Assembly: GCA_017991935.1 (NCBI GenBank)
Contig: JAGOPP010000001.1
Coordinates: 153,992-185,991 of the forward strand
Source: Oscillospiraceae bacterium
Lineage (GTDB): Bacteria; Bacillota; Clostridia; Oscillospirales; Ruminococcaceae
Reading direction: 5' to 3'
Length of the DNA stretch: 32,000 nucleotides
Part shown: one piece after another, positions 6,672 to 15,214 of the stretch
Position numbering within the stretch: the stretch's first letter is position 1
Layout: each line of letters starts with the position of its first letter
Notes under the pieces: generated by a model
Told to the model about the DNA's origin: nothing
Database searches by the model: none
Seen by the model: the letters and a program-made list of their open reading frames with translations, nothing else
Made by a program: the position numbers and the translations under genes

Positions 6672-8873
6672 ATGGAACTGGATTACGGAAAACTCAACGA
6701 CATGCAGCGCGAGGCGGTCCTTCACAAAGACGGGCCGCTGCTGATCTTGGCCGGGGCCGGCAGCGGCAAGACCACCGTCCTGATCGACCGCGTGGCCCGC
6801 CTGATCGAAAGCGGCGTGCGGCCGTGGAACATCCTCGCCATCACCTTCACCAACAAGGCGGCGGGCGAGCTGCGCGACCGCCTCGCCGCCAAGCTCGGCC
6901 CGGAGGCGGCGGAGGTCTTCGCCTCCACCTTTCACTCCATGTGCGTGCGGATCCTGCGCCGGGACGCGGACAAGATCGGCCTCTCGCGCAGTTTTACGAT
7001 CTACGATCAGGATGATTCCCTGCGCGTCGTGAAAAAATGCCTCCGGGAGCTCAATTACGACGAAAAACGGTTTCCGCCGAAGGGCCTCCTCTCCGACATC
7101 AGCCACGCGAAGGAGAAACTCTGCGGCCCCGACGCGGTGAGAAGCGAGGCGCAGGTCTCCTCCGATTTTCGCAAGAAGATCGTCGCCGAGGTCTACGCGG
7201 CCTACGAAAAGGAGCTGCGCACCGCCGAGGCGCTGGATTTCGACGCCCTTTTGACCGAGACGGTCCGCCTCTTCCGGCAGTCGCCCGAGACGCTCGAGTA
7301 CTACCGCGACCGCTGGCGCTATATCATGGTGGACGAATATCAGGACACGAACCACGTGCAGTACGAGCTCGTCTCGCTGCTCGCGGCGAAATACCGCAAC
7401 CTCTGCGTCGTGGGGGACGACGATCAGTCGATCTACAAATTCCGCGGCGCCACGATCGAGAACATTTTATCTTTTGAAAACAGCTTCCCGGGGGCGAAAG
7501 TCATCCGGCTCGAGCAAAATTACCGCTCGACGCAGTATATTCTCGACGCCGCGAACTCGGTGATCGCGAACAACCGGGGCCGGAAGGGCAAGACGCTCTG
7601 GACCGCGAAAACCGGCGGCGCGAAGGTGACCGTCCGCCGCTGCGAGAACGAGGAGGCCGAGGCGAGATTCGCCGCCGACACGATCCTTGACCATGCGGCG
7701 AGGGGCGGGCGGTACGGCGATTTCGCGGTGCTTTACCGGATGCACGCCCAGTCCAACGCCTTTGAAAAAGCCTTCATCTCGGCCTCGGTGCCGTATAAAA
7801 TCATCGGCGGCCTGCGCTTTTACGACCGCAAGGAGATCAAAGACCTGATGGCCTATCTGTCGCTCGTCTCCAACCGGGCCGACAACCTCCGCCTCGAGCG
7901 CATTTTGAACGAGCCCAAGCGCGGCATCGGCGACGCGACGCTCGGCGCCGCGCGCGAGATCGCCGGACAGACCGGGCTGCCGCTCTTCGACATCTTTGAG
8001 CACGCCGACGAATACGCCGCGCTCGGCCGCAAGGCATCCGTGCTCAAGGAGTTTACAAACCTGATCTCCGGATTCGCCGCCGACGCGGAAAAAATGGACC
8101 TCGACGAGCTTTTCGACGAGGTCTGCGAAAAGACCGGCTACGCCGCCATGCTCAAAGCCATGGGGGACGAGGGCGAGCCGAAGAGGGAAAACCTCGGCGA
8201 GCTCAAAACAAACATCCTGAAATATATGGACGCGGCCGAGGAGCCGAGCCTCGGGGGATTTCTTGAGGAGACGGCCCTGCTGACCGACATCGACCGGCTG
8301 GAGGAGGGCGACGCGGTGCTGATGATGACCGTCCACTCCGCGAAGGGCCTCGAATTCCCGCAGGTGTTCGCCGTCGGCATGGAGGAGAGCATCTTCCCCG
8401 GCATGCAGGCCATCTATGAGCCGGAGGAGATGGAGGAGGAGCGCAGGCTCGCCTATGTCGCGATGACGCGCGCCAAGGAGCGCCTCTATCTGACCGCCGC
8501 CGCCTCGCGCATGCTCTTCGGCCAGACGACGCGCAACCGCCTCTCCCGGTTTGTCGCCGAGATCGCGGACGGCCTGACGGAATTTACCGACGAGGCCGCC
8601 CGGCGCGAGCCCGTGCGGCAGAGCTACCATTTCGGCGACGAGGACGCCTCCGGGCATATCCGGACGGACGTCACCTTTACGCCCTACCGCGAGGAGAAGG
8701 CGGCGCCCGCAGAAAGCTGGCGCGTCGGGGACCGGGTGAGGCACCGCGTCTTCGGGGAGGGCACGATCACCGGCGTCACGGCCATGTCCGGGGATTTCCT
8801 GCTGGAGATCGCCTTCGACACGGCCGGCACCAAAAAGCTGATGGCCAATTTCGCGAGGCTCCGGACGCTCTGA
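6672..8873 (+). CDS. pcrA: ATP-dependent DNA helicase PcrA (UvrD/Rep superfamily 1)
   Basis: 733 aa. Motifs present: Walker A AGAGSGKTTVL, ITFTNKAAGELR, VDEYQDTN, QNYRST, and the C-terminal VHSAKGLEF..AYVAMTRAK. Confidence 0.95.
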   Translation: MELDYGKLNDMQREAVLHKDGPLLILAGAGSGKTTVLIDRVARLIESGVRPWNILAITFTNKAAGELRDRLAAKLGPEAAEVFASTFHSMCVRILRRDADKIGLSRSFTIYDQDDSLRVVKKCLRELNYDEKRFPPKGLLSDISHAKEKLCGPDAVRSEAQVSSDFRKKIVAEVYAAYEKELRTAEALDFDALLTETVRLFRQSPETLEYYRDRWRYIMVDEYQDTNHVQYELVSLLAAKYRNLCVVGDDDQSIYKFRGATIENILSFENSFPGAKVIRLEQNYRSTQYILDAANSVIANNRGRKGKTLWTAKTGGAKVTVRRCENEEAEARFAADTILDHAARGGRYGDFAVLYRMHAQSNAFEKAFISASVPYKIIGGLRFYDRKEIKDLMAYLSLVSNRADNLRLERILNEPKRGIGDATLGAAREIAGQTGLPLFDIFEHADEYAALGRKASVLKEFTNLISGFAADAEKMDLDELFDEVCEKTGYAAMLKAMGDEGEPKRENLGELKTNILKYMDAAEEPSLGGFLEETALLTDIDRLEEGDAVLMMTVHSAKGLEFPQVFAVGMEESIFPGMQAIYEPEEMEEERRLAYVAMTRAKERLYLTAAASRMLFGQTTRNRLSRFVAEIADGLTEFTDEAARREPVRQSYHFGDEDASGHIRTDVTFTPYREEKAAPAESWRVGDRVRHRVFGEGTITGVTAMSGDFLLEIAFDTAGTKKLMANFARLRTL

Positions 8874-9127
8874 GCCCGCAAAACGCCGGGATTCGGGCGA
8901 AAAAAACGGCCTTCCGCCCCGGCCATATTGAGGGGCTGCGCCGCGGGCGCGGCGGAGAAGCGATCCCCCAAAAGACGGGTTTGGCGGCCCTTTAAAAAAA
9001 GACGCCCGCCGCCCGTAAGGCTCGCAAAAATCATAAATCTGATGATTTATTTGACAGGGATTCGCCGCGAACGCGGTGAAGATGCATTCGATTATTTTAT
9101 AAAAAAATCCGCTTTGGAGGCGATAGG

Positions 9128-10033
9128 ATGAACCCCATCAGGCTGCTTGACGACACGGACACCACCATTGCCGCGCTTTTTGAGACGCAGACGGAGTCGC
9201 GGACCCCGGTGGAGATCCTCACGGACAAAACTTCCGGCATGACGATCGCGCAGATCTGGGAAACCTATAAGATAGACCTGATGACCGCCGGGATCATTCT
9301 GATCCTCGGCTATTTTCTGATCCGGCTGATCATGCGGCTCGTGGAGCGGCACCTGCGGGAATCCAAAATGGAGCGGAGCGCCTTCACCATCATCACCACG
9401 GTGACGAAGTTTCTGCTCTATCTGATCCTGACCCTGACCGCCATCTCCAAACTCGGCGTCCCGATCACCTCGACGCTCGCCCTGTTCAGCACGCTTGCCC
9501 TCGCCATCACGCTCGCGATCAAGGACGGCCTGACGCATCTTGCCGGCGGCATCATCCTTTTGACCTCCAAACCTTTCGTCATCGGCGACCACATCGAATG
9601 CCTCGCCGACGGCGCGACCGGCTATGTCACCGACATCGGCCCCATCCACACCAAGTTGCGCACCCCGGACGGCAGCAAGGTCTATATCCCGAACGGCAAC
9701 CTCGTGGCCAGCACGGTGATCAACCATTCCGGCATGGGCTGCCGCCGCATCCGGGAAATCATCTCCATCGACTACGCGGAGGATTTTAAAAAGGCCGAGC
9801 GGATCGTCGGCGACATCCTCGCCACCCATCCGAAGATCGATCCGGAGCCCAAGCCCTTTTGCCGCGTCGATAAATTCGGCGCCGGCTCCGTCGACCTCGT
9901 CGCGCAGGCCTACGCCCGCTGGGAGGACTACGACGCGGCGCGCTTCGACGTGCTCGAGCAGATCAAAACGCGCTTCGATCAGGAGGGCATCCGTCTTTCC
10001 ACCCCCATGCGGCAGGGGCTTCCCCCGGCCTAA
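9128..10033 (+). CDS. Small-conductance mechanosensitive channel (MscS family)
   Basis: 301 aa, GGAGG SD. It has three TM helices followed by the MscS beta-domain pattern (LLTSKPFVIGDHIE..GYVTDIGPIHTKLRTPDGSKVYIPNGNL) and a C-terminal alpha/beta domain. Confidence 0.88.
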   Translation: MNPIRLLDDTDTTIAALFETQTESRTPVEILTDKTSGMTIAQIWETYKIDLMTAGIILILGYFLIRLIMRLVERHLRESKMERSAFTIITTVTKFLLYLILTLTAISKLGVPITSTLALFSTLALAITLAIKDGLTHLAGGIILLTSKPFVIGDHIECLADGATGYVTDIGPIHTKLRTPDGSKVYIPNGNLVASTVINHSGMGCRRIREIISIDYAEDFKKAERIVGDILATHPKIDPEPKPFCRVDKFGAGSVDLVAQAYARWEDYDAARFDVLEQIKTRFDQEGIRLSTPMRQGLPPA

Positions 10034-10124
10034 AAAAGGCTTTTTGGGGATATTTTTCGGAGCGGCCGCCGGGCGGGACTGCCCGGAATCGGCGTACGGC
10101 TTTGCCCAAAAACGCCGCCCCGGG

Positions 10125-10150
10125 CCGGGATTCATCAAATCCCGGTTTTT
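10125..10150 (+). terminator. Intrinsic terminator after the mscS-family gene
   Basis: 8-bp stem CCGGGATT/AATCCCGG with a 5-nt loop, followed by TTTTT. Confidence 0.65.
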
Positions 10151-10196
10151 GCAGATACTAAATGAGATTCGTATGTAAAATAAAGGAGACTGACCT

Positions 10197-11483
10197 ATGG
10201 AAGACAGGCCTGTGCGCCGCGAGATCGGCGAGGGCATCTATTTCACCGCGATCCGGGAGCCGAAATTCAAATCCGACCGAATGACCGCCGTCTTGATCGC
10301 GCCGCTTGAGCGGACCAAGGCCACCGTCCGCGCGCTGGTGCCGTTTCTGCTGCGGAAGGGCTGCGGCGCCTACCCGGATTTCACGGCGCTGAACGCGAAG
10401 CTCGCGTCGATGTACGGCGCGATCCTCGACGCCGACGTCACCAAATACGCCGACCTGCAAATGATCCACCTGTCGGTGCAGACGGCGGACGATCGCTACT
10501 CCATCGCCGGGGAGGCCCTCTGCCGGGAATCCGCCGAGCTGCTCTGCTCCGTGCTGACGGACCCGGTGCTCGATAAGTACGGCCGCTTCCCGGAGGACGA
10601 TTTCCGCGTCGAGCGCACTTACCTGATCGACACCATCGAGAGCGAGCTCAACGAGAAGCGCGCCTACGCCATCGGCAAATGCACGGAGATCTTGTTTCGC
10701 GACGAGCCGTTCGGCGTCAAGCGCTACGGCTATAAAGAGGACGCCGAGAAGCTGACCGCCGAGGAGGCGACCGCCGCGTGGCGCGAGCTTCTGAAGAAGG
10801 CGCGCATTGAGATCCTTTTCACCGGGCCGGGCGACCCGGAGACGGCGCAGCGGGTTTTCGCGGAGCGCCTCGGCAGGCTCGCGCGCGACCGCTTTGACGG
10901 CGAGCCCGCGCGTCCGCTGCCCTATTCGGAATATACAGAACTGGACGAGAAGATGGACGTCGTGCAGGGGAAACTTGTGATGGCCTACCGCATCGGCGCG
11001 CCGACGGAGGAGACCGAGCAGGCGGCCGCCCGCATGATGACCGCGCTTTACGGCGGCACGCCGTTTTCCAAACTTTTTATGAATGTCCGCGAAAAGATGA
11101 GCCTTTGCTATTACTGCGCGGCCCGCTACGACCGGCCCACCGGCGTCCTCTTTGTGGACAGCGGCGTCGAGTCCGCCAACATGCGGAAGGCGGAAAAGGA
11201 GATCGGAAACCAGCTCCGCGCCGTCGCGGAGGGCGGTTTCACGGAGGAGGAGCGCGGCAACACGCTCTTGCTCGCGGTCAACAGCCTCAAATCCGTCGAG
11301 GATTCGCTCGACGGGGCCGAGGGCTGGTATCTGACAAGGATTTTGGAGGGCGACCTACGCACGCCCGCGGAGGACGCCGAGACGATCGGCAAAGTCACCG
11401 CCGCGGAGATCGCGGAGATGGCCGGCCGCGCAAAGCTTGCCGCCGTCTATCGTTTGACCGGGGAGGCGAAAACGAATGAATAA
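10197..11483 (+). CDS. M16 (pitrilysin/insulinase) family protein, non-catalytic partner (no HxxEH motif)
   Basis: 428 aa, AAGGAGA SD. Its length and pairing with the next gene resemble the Bacillus YmfF/YmfH-type M16 pair. I see no HxxEH zinc motif in this copy. Confidence 0.8.
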   Translation: MEDRPVRREIGEGIYFTAIREPKFKSDRMTAVLIAPLERTKATVRALVPFLLRKGCGAYPDFTALNAKLASMYGAILDADVTKYADLQMIHLSVQTADDRYSIAGEALCRESAELLCSVLTDPVLDKYGRFPEDDFRVERTYLIDTIESELNEKRAYAIGKCTEILFRDEPFGVKRYGYKEDAEKLTAEEATAAWRELLKKARIEILFTGPGDPETAQRVFAERLGRLARDRFDGEPARPLPYSEYTELDEKMDVVQGKLVMAYRIGAPTEETEQAAARMMTALYGGTPFSKLFMNVREKMSLCYYCAARYDRPTGVLFVDSGVESANMRKAEKEIGNQLRAVAEGGFTEEERGNTLLLAVNSLKSVEDSLDGAEGWYLTRILEGDLRTPAEDAETIGKVTAAEIAEMAGRAKLAAVYRLTGEAKTNE

Positions 11484-12753
11484 CGAAATCGTCAGGAGCG
11501 AACGCCTCGGCGATCATTATGAAATTATCGACCATCCTTCCGGCCTCAGGATGCTGCTGGCGCCGATGGAGGGCTTCCGCTCGGCCTACGCGCTGTTTGG
11601 CACGGCCTACGGCTCGATCGACACCGAGATCCGCTATGCGGACGGCCGGGTGGACCCGATCCCGCAGGGAACGGCCCATTATCTTGAGCACAAGCTCTTT
11701 GAGAGCGAGGAATGCAACGCCTTCGACCGCTTCGCGAAGACCGGGGCCTCGGCCAACGCCTACACCTCGTTCGACCGGACGGCCTACCTCTTTTCCTGCA
11801 GCGACCACTTCGCCGAATCCATCGAGATTTTGCTCGATTTCGTTACGCACCCGTATTTCACGCCGGAGACGGTCGAGAAGGAACGCGGCATCATCGGGCA
11901 GGAGATCCGCATGTACGACGACAGCCCGGAATGGCGCGTGCTCTTCAATATGCTGACCTCCATGTACGTCAAAAACCCCGTCCGCAACGACATCGCGGGC
12001 ACCGTCGAGAGCATCGCGCAAATCGACGCGGACCTGTTATACAAATGCTACGGCGCGTTTTACGACCTGAGCAACATGGTGCTGGCCATCGCGGGCAGCT
12101 TCGACCGGGACGCCGTGCTCACCGCCGCGGACAAGGTGCTCAAGGCGAAGGAGCCCGTGCTCATCCGCCACAGCACCTGCGCCGAGCCGCCGGAGGTCAG
12201 GGAGACCTATATCGAGCAGCGCCTGCCGGTCTCCGTGCCGCAGTTCACCTTCGGCTTCAAGGGGCTCGACCGCGGCGAGCGGGAGAACCTGACCGGCTCG
12301 GTTTTGGACGAGATTTTCGCCGAGGCCATGGCCGCGGACTACACGCGGTTTTACCGTGAGCTTTACGATCGGGAGCTCATTAACTCCACATTTTATTCGG
12401 AGGCCTTCTGCGGGCGGGACTTTTGCAGCACGCTCTATTCCGGCGAGTCGAAGGAGCCGGAAAAGGTCGCCGACGCGCTGCTGCGGCGCTTTGGCGAGCT
12501 GCGGCGGGACGGGATCCCGGAGGAGCTGTTCCGCAACGCCCAGCGCAGCGTGTACGGCCATTACCTGCGCTCCGCGGAACGGACCGAGGGCATCGCCTCG
12601 GAGCTGCTCAACTGCCATTTTGCCGGGCACAGCCCCTATGTGATCCTTGACGCGGCCGCCGAGGCCACCGTGGAATCCGTCTGCGAGCGGGCTTTTTCGG
12701 CCTACGGCGAGGAGCGCGCCGTGCTCTCCGTGATCCGGCCGGTCAAGGAATGA
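11476..12753 (+). CDS. M16 family zinc metallopeptidase (catalytic partner)
   Basis: 425 aa. The inverted zinc motif HYLEH lies in GTAHYLEHKLFES near the N-terminus. Its start overlaps the upstream stop within ATGAATAA (8-nt overlap), which suggests translational coupling. Confidence 0.85.
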   Translation: MNNEIVRSERLGDHYEIIDHPSGLRMLLAPMEGFRSAYALFGTAYGSIDTEIRYADGRVDPIPQGTAHYLEHKLFESEECNAFDRFAKTGASANAYTSFDRTAYLFSCSDHFAESIEILLDFVTHPYFTPETVEKERGIIGQEIRMYDDSPEWRVLFNMLTSMYVKNPVRNDIAGTVESIAQIDADLLYKCYGAFYDLSNMVLAIAGSFDRDAVLTAADKVLKAKEPVLIRHSTCAEPPEVRETYIEQRLPVSVPQFTFGFKGLDRGERENLTGSVLDEIFAEAMAADYTRFYRELYDRELINSTFYSEAFCGRDFCSTLYSGESKEPEKVADALLRRFGELRRDGIPEELFRNAQRSVYGHYLRSAERTEGIASELLNCHFAGHSPYVILDAAAEATVESVCERAFSAYGEERAVLSVIRPVKE

Positions 12754-12812
12754 CCGCGTCCCTCCGGGGAGAAAATTCCGGCGCTTGACTTTTTACAAAA
12801 GGAAGGATAACT

Positions 12813-13925
12813 ATGACGGACACCGTATCTTTCCCCGGTCTGGGGCTCGAGTTTGAGGTCGGCCGCGTGGCGTTTTCCATCGGCGGCATGGAGATCTACT
12901 GGTACGCGGTTTTGATCGCGGCGGGCTTTCTGCTCGCGCTGCTGTTCGCGTTCCGCAATTTTAAGGAATTCGGCCTCGACGGCGACCGCGCGCTCGACGT
13001 CGTGATGATCGCGGCGATCATGGGCGTCATCGGCGCGCGGCTTTACTATGTCGCCTTCCGCTGGGAAGAATTTGCCGGAAACCTCGGCGCAATTCTCAAT
13101 ACGCGCGGCGGCGGGCTCGCGTTTTACGGCGCGGTCCTCGGCGGCATCCTCGGCGCGGTTTTGGGATGCAGATGGCGCGGCGTGAAGCTGCTGCCGTTTT
13201 TCGACATCGGGTCGGCGGGCCTGCTGATCGGTCAGGCGATCGGCCGCTGGGGAAATTTTGTGAATCAGGAGGCGTTCGGCACCAACACGGACCTGCCGTG
13301 GGGCATGACCAGCAAGACCGTCGCCTACTATATCGCGAGCCATACCTCCCAGTTTATGGGCGCGGAGATGGACCCCGCGAAGCCGGTGCACCCGACGTTT
13401 TTCTATGAGTCGCTCTGGCTGGCGATCGGATTTCTCATTTTTGCGCTCGCGATGAAAAAGCGCCGCTACGACGGGCAGATGTTTCTGTTTTACATCGGCT
13501 GGAACGGCTTCGGGCGCATGTGGATCGAGGGCCTGCGCACCGACAGCCTGATGCTCGGCAGCCTGCGCGTCTCGCAGGCGCTGGGCGCCGTGCTCGTGCT
13601 CGCGGCGGTGATCGCCAATTTCCTGATCCTCGCCAAAATCCGCCGCGAAAACGACCCCGCGTATCTACGGCCCTACCGCGATACGGAGGAGTCGAGGCTG
13701 GCGCTCGCCGGGCAATGGGATTATCAGGCGAAGGCGCCCAAGCAGGCGCCCGCGGAAGGGGCGGAAATGATCTCGGAGAAGAACGCCCCGCTGGCCGCTT
13801 CGGAAGAGCCGATTTCGGAGAAGAACGCCCCGCTGACCGGATCGGAAGAACAAATCCCCGAAGAACCCGTTTCGGAAGAGGCGGCCGTGCCGGAGCCGGG
13901 CTCCGAGCAAAACCTGCCGGAATAG
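12813..13925 (+). CDS. lgt: Prolipoprotein diacylglyceryl transferase with an acidic, repeat-containing C-terminal tail
   Basis: Lgt motifs are present: IYWYAVLIAAGF, GARLYYV, GGLAFYGAVLGG, GQAIGRWGNFVNQEAFG, HPTFFYESLW and GLRTDSL. About 80 extra residues after the last TM are rich in E/P/A/S. Confidence 0.93.
   Translation: MTDTVSFPGLGLEFEVGRVAFSIGGMEIYWYAVLIAAGFLLALLFAFRNFKEFGLDGDRALDVVMIAAIMGVIGARLYYVAFRWEEFAGNLGAILNTRGGGLAFYGAVLGGILGAVLGCRWRGVKLLPFFDIGSAGLLIGQAIGRWGNFVNQEAFGTNTDLPWGMTSKTVAYYIASHTSQFMGAEMDPAKPVHPTFFYESLWLAIGFLIFALAMKKRRYDGQMFLFYIGWNGFGRMWIEGLRTDSLMLGSLRVSQALGAVLVLAAVIANFLILAKIRRENDPAYLRPYRDTEESRLALAGQWDYQAKAPKQAPAEGAEMISEKNAPLAASEEPISEKNAPLTGSEEQIPEEPVSEEAAVPEPGSEQNLPE
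13770..13853 (+). repeat. Tandem 42-nt (14-codon) in-frame repeat in the lgt tail
   Basis: ISEKNAPLAASEEP / ISEKNAPLTGSEEQ. By my alignment the two 42-nt units are identical at 35 of 42 positions. Confidence 0.85.
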
Positions 13926-13957
13926 GCCGCCCGCCGTTTTAAAAAAACAAAAACGCA

Positions 13958-14012
13958 GGAAAATCCCCGCTCTCTTTTCACCCGGCCGGTGAAAGGGGAG
14001 CGGGGATTTTCC
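13958..14012. terminator. Long bidirectional-type terminator hairpin after lgt
   Basis: About 25-bp near-perfect inverted repeat (GGAAAATCCCCGCTCTCTTTTCACC / GGTGAAAGGGGAGCGGGGATTTTCC) with a 5-nt loop. An A-run lies upstream and a T-run sits in the 3' arm. Confidence 0.7.
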
Positions 14013-14072
14013 TCAAGGCGCGTCGTCGCCCGGCATCGGGCGGCTCCTATTATATTTTTATAAAGAGGATGC

Positions 14073-14101
14073 TTGACATCCTGCTTTTCCCATGTTATAA
14101 T
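14073..14101 (+). promoter_or_regulatory. Consensus sigma-A promoter of the rplU-prp-rpmA operon
   Basis: TTGACA (14073-14078), exactly 17 nt spacer, TATAAT (14096-14101), with a TGT extended -10. Confidence 0.85.
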
Positions 14102-14107
14102 GCAGTC

Positions 14108-14196
14108 TGCCGCATGCTGTGGGCTTCCTAAATTCAGTGCGCCCAAACGCGCACTGGTGCCCTTTTTGCAGCGAGTCCAACAAAAGAAGGTTAATT
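14108..14196 (+). promoter_or_regulatory. Candidate L21-leader-type ribosomal-protein autoregulatory leader
   Basis: An untranslated leader of about 90 nt lies between the promoter and rplU. It contains an 8-bp hairpin CAGTGCGC/GCGCACTG (14135-14156) followed by GTGCCCTTTTTGC. The position matches the L21 leader known in Firmicutes. No covariance-model check was possible. Confidence 0.4.
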
Positions 14197-14508
14197 ATGT
14201 ACGCAATCATCGAAACAGGCGGAAAACAGTATCGCGTCGAAAAAGACGACGTGGTCTATATCGAAAAGATCGAAGCCGAGGGCGGAGACGAAGTCGTTTT
14301 TGACAAAGTCCTCGTGATCGGCGGCGACGAAGGCGTCAAGGTCGGCGCTCCTTATTTAGAGGGAGCCACGGTCGGCGGCGTGGTGGAAAAACAGGGCAAA
14401 GCCAAGAAGATCCGCGTTTTCACCTACCGATCCAAAAAGGGCAGCGCCCGCTGCCTCGGTCACCGTCAGCCCTACACCAAGGTCGTCATCGGGGCGATCG
14501 AAGGCTGA
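14197..14508 (+). CDS. rplU: 50S ribosomal protein L21
   Basis: Internal ATG at 14197 (AAGAAGG SD) gives [24 protein letters not shown].., the canonical L21 N-terminus. 103 aa. Confidence 0.96.
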   Translation: MYAIIETGGKQYRVEKDDVVYIEKIEAEGGDEVVFDKVLVIGGDEGVKVGAPYLEGATVGGVVEKQGKAKKIRVFTYRSKKGSARCLGHRQPYTKVVIGAIEG

Positions 14509-14514
14509 CGCGGC

Positions 14515-14832
14515 ATGATCCGCGCGGAATTTTGTTATCATAAAGGCCAGCCGGTCTCTTTCCGCATCAGCGGGCACGCCGGCTACGCCGAAAGCGGAAA
14601 AGATATTGTCTGTGCGGCGGTGAGCGCCTGCACCGAGATGGCGGTCAACGGCATCACGGAGATCGTAAAGACGCAGTGCGGCGTCGAAATCGGGGAGGAC
14701 AGCGTCGAGCTGATTCTCCGGGAGAACGCGAGGCCCGCGGCGTGGCATTTCATCTCGGCTCTGCGGCTGGAGCTGCGGAATATTGCGCAAGATCACCCCG
14801 GCACGGTCAACTTAATAATTTCGGAGGTGTAA
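14515..14832 (+). CDS. prp: Ribosomal-processing cysteine protease Prp (YsxB family)
   Basis: 105 aa located between rplU and rpmA. Carries the [18 protein letters not shown] pattern (catalytic His/Cys) typical of Prp. Confidence 0.9.
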   Translation: MIRAEFCYHKGQPVSFRISGHAGYAESGKDIVCAAVSACTEMAVNGITEIVKTQCGVEIGEDSVELILRENARPAAWHFISALRLELRNIAQDHPGTVNLIISEV

Positions 14833-14836
14833 AACC

Positions 14837-15121
14837 ATGATTAGAATCGGCATTCAGTTTTTTGCTCATAAAAAGGGAATGGGCTCCACCAAAAACGGAC
14901 GCGATTCCGCGTCGAAGCGCCTCGGCGTCAAGAGAGGGGACGGCCAGTTCGTCCTCGCGGGCAACATCCTCGTCCGTCAGCGCGGCACCCACATCCACCC
15001 CGGCGACAACGTCGGCAGAGGCTCCGACGACACCTTGTTCGCTTTAAAAGACGGCATCGTCCGCTTCGAGCGTCTCGGCGCGGACCGCAAAAAAGTCAGC
15101 ATCTACCCAGACGAGCAGTAA
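14837..15121 (+). CDS. rpmA: 50S ribosomal protein L27 with N-terminal propeptide
   Basis: [24 protein letters not shown].. The 9-residue extension ending in FF before AHKKG is the Prp cleavage context known in Firmicutes. GGAGGTG SD. Confidence 0.96.
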   Translation: MIRIGIQFFAHKKGMGSTKNGRDSASKRLGVKRGDGQFVLAGNILVRQRGTHIHPGDNVGRGSDDTLFALKDGIVRFERLGADRKKVSIYPDEQ

Positions 15122-15130
15122 GGTTACATT

Positions 15131-15167
15131 GCGGGCGGACTTCGGAAGGTTCGCCCGCGTTTTTTTC
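15131..15167 (+). terminator. Intrinsic terminator after rpmA
   Basis: Stem GCGGGCGG/TCGCCCGC, 12-nt loop, then GTTTTTTT. Confidence 0.75.
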
Positions 15168-15214
15168 GGATCGGGAGAGATCCCGGATCGTTATAGAAAG
15201 AGAGAGATACTTCT

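Noticed and set aside
9128-13925. I considered whether the M16 peptidase pair marks a RiPP/bacteriocin maturation cluster (AlbE/AlbF-like).
   Set aside because: There is no radical-SAM enzyme, cyclodehydratase or lanthionine enzyme, no ABC exporter and no credible precursor-peptide ORF nearby. The neighbours are an MscS channel and lgt, both housekeeping genes.
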